A DNA stretch of 43,856 nucleotides, from positions 1-43,856 of IMG/VR virus record IMGVR_UViG_3300049982_000052. One strand, 5' to 3'. The DNA is from a virus. Its lineage: Duplodnaviria > Caudoviricetes. Below are positions 43,311 to 43,856 of this stretch, one piece after another. The notes under the pieces are model-generated. The model made no database searches. It was not told the origin of the DNA and worked only from the letters and a program-made list of their open reading frames with translations. The position numbers and the translations under genes are program-made. The first letter of the stretch is position 1; every line of letters starts with the position of its first letter.

Positions 43311-43755
43311 CTCGAGCAGCCCTCCGCGCCGCCAGATCGTCGCGCCGCTTGTCCAGCACCGACTGGTCCGACTTCACGTCAGCTGTCGCGGCCTTCACCG
43401 TCGCCTCGAGCTGCTTGACCAGTGACGCCAACCCGGCACCCGTATCGCGGCCGATGTCCACCCGCCGAGCCAAAGCAAGCGCGGCCTGACCAAGCGCAGT
43501 CGCCGCGCGCTCCACCTCAGTGAGCTCCGACAGCAGCGCCGTCTCGACCGGACCTACCTCAAGGTCAACCGACGGAACCAGGGACGCTAACGGATGCACG
43601 TCACCCTTAGTCACAGGTGCGGTTTCACGCTCAGTGACCTCCGGGAGAGTGACTACGCCCCGTGAGAATCGCTTCCGGCAGGTCCCCGAGCAGAACCGCG
43701 AGTTCGGCCGCTTGGCTTCGTAGGAGACGCCACAGACATCGCAGGGACGAAACAT
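43303..43755 (-). CDS. terS: Terminase small subunit with an N-terminal Zn finger
   Basis: C..CG..FCS.TCR followed by helical AL.LARR.D..LD..R..R.AR; directly upstream of TerL. Confidence 0.7.
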   Translation of the reverse strand: MFRPCDVCGVSYEAKRPNSRFCSGTCRKRFSRGVVTLPEVTERETAPVTKGDVHPLASLVPSVDLEVGPVETALLSELTEVERAATALGQAALALARRVDIGRDTGAGLASLVKQLEATVKAATADVKSDQSVLDKRRDDLAARRAARGA

Positions 43756-43856
43756 GGCGCCGTCACCTCCGAGCGGGGCTCCTGGGTGCCTCGGAGGGCC
43801 TGCCAGGGGTCATCTGGGGGTCACGAGACACACGTTGATCGGGGAGAGTGGATGCT

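Larger units (their letters stand above)
1..43856 (-). mobile_element. Temperate siphovirus genome (actinobacteriophage), probably complete, reverse orientation
   Basis: Full set of packaging, head, tail, lysis, integration and replication modules. HNH at the left end and TerS at the right end become adjacent on circularisation. WhiB and high GC point to an actinomycete host. Confidence 0.95.

Overview
This looks like an essentially complete ~43.9 kb temperate siphovirus genome of a high-GC actinomycete, shown in reverse orientation. The late operon runs on the - strand from 43755 to ~21800: TerS, TerL, portal, ClpP-like protease/scaffold, decoration protein, major capsid, neck/fibre proteins, major tail, tail chaperones, tape measure with NlpC/P60, minor tail proteins, PIG-L deacetylase and lysis genes. 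A + strand lysogeny/accessory block (14692-21679) carries three XRE-type HTH genes, a tyrosine integrase, an attP matching the 3' half of tRNA-Val(TAC), an Ltp-family protein and an SGNH hydrolase. The early operon on the - strand (14480 to 1351) encodes an Xis-like HTH, WhiB, a Rad52-like annealase, HNH, three DNA methyltransferases, a replication initiator with iterons, a DnaB-like helicase and a probable late regulator. A structured non-coding leader, HNH and a P-loop gene follow next to the probable cos junction. The most striking signal is apparent -1 recoding outside the tail chaperone. The helicase Walker A is broken exactly at an in-phase G GGA AAA heptamer with an upstream SD and a downstream 10-bp hairpin. 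The endolysin peptidase joins a GH19 domain through an in-phase C CCA AAA heptamer plus hairpin. A one-base sequencing error at either site cannot be excluded without reads. Also notable: a tRNA-like CCA-ending element, a nested alternative-frame C5 methyltransferase subunit, a PafBC-type promoter, and a 10-bp-periodic motif shared by attP and the genetic switch. All calls are from motif recognition by eye; no searches were run.
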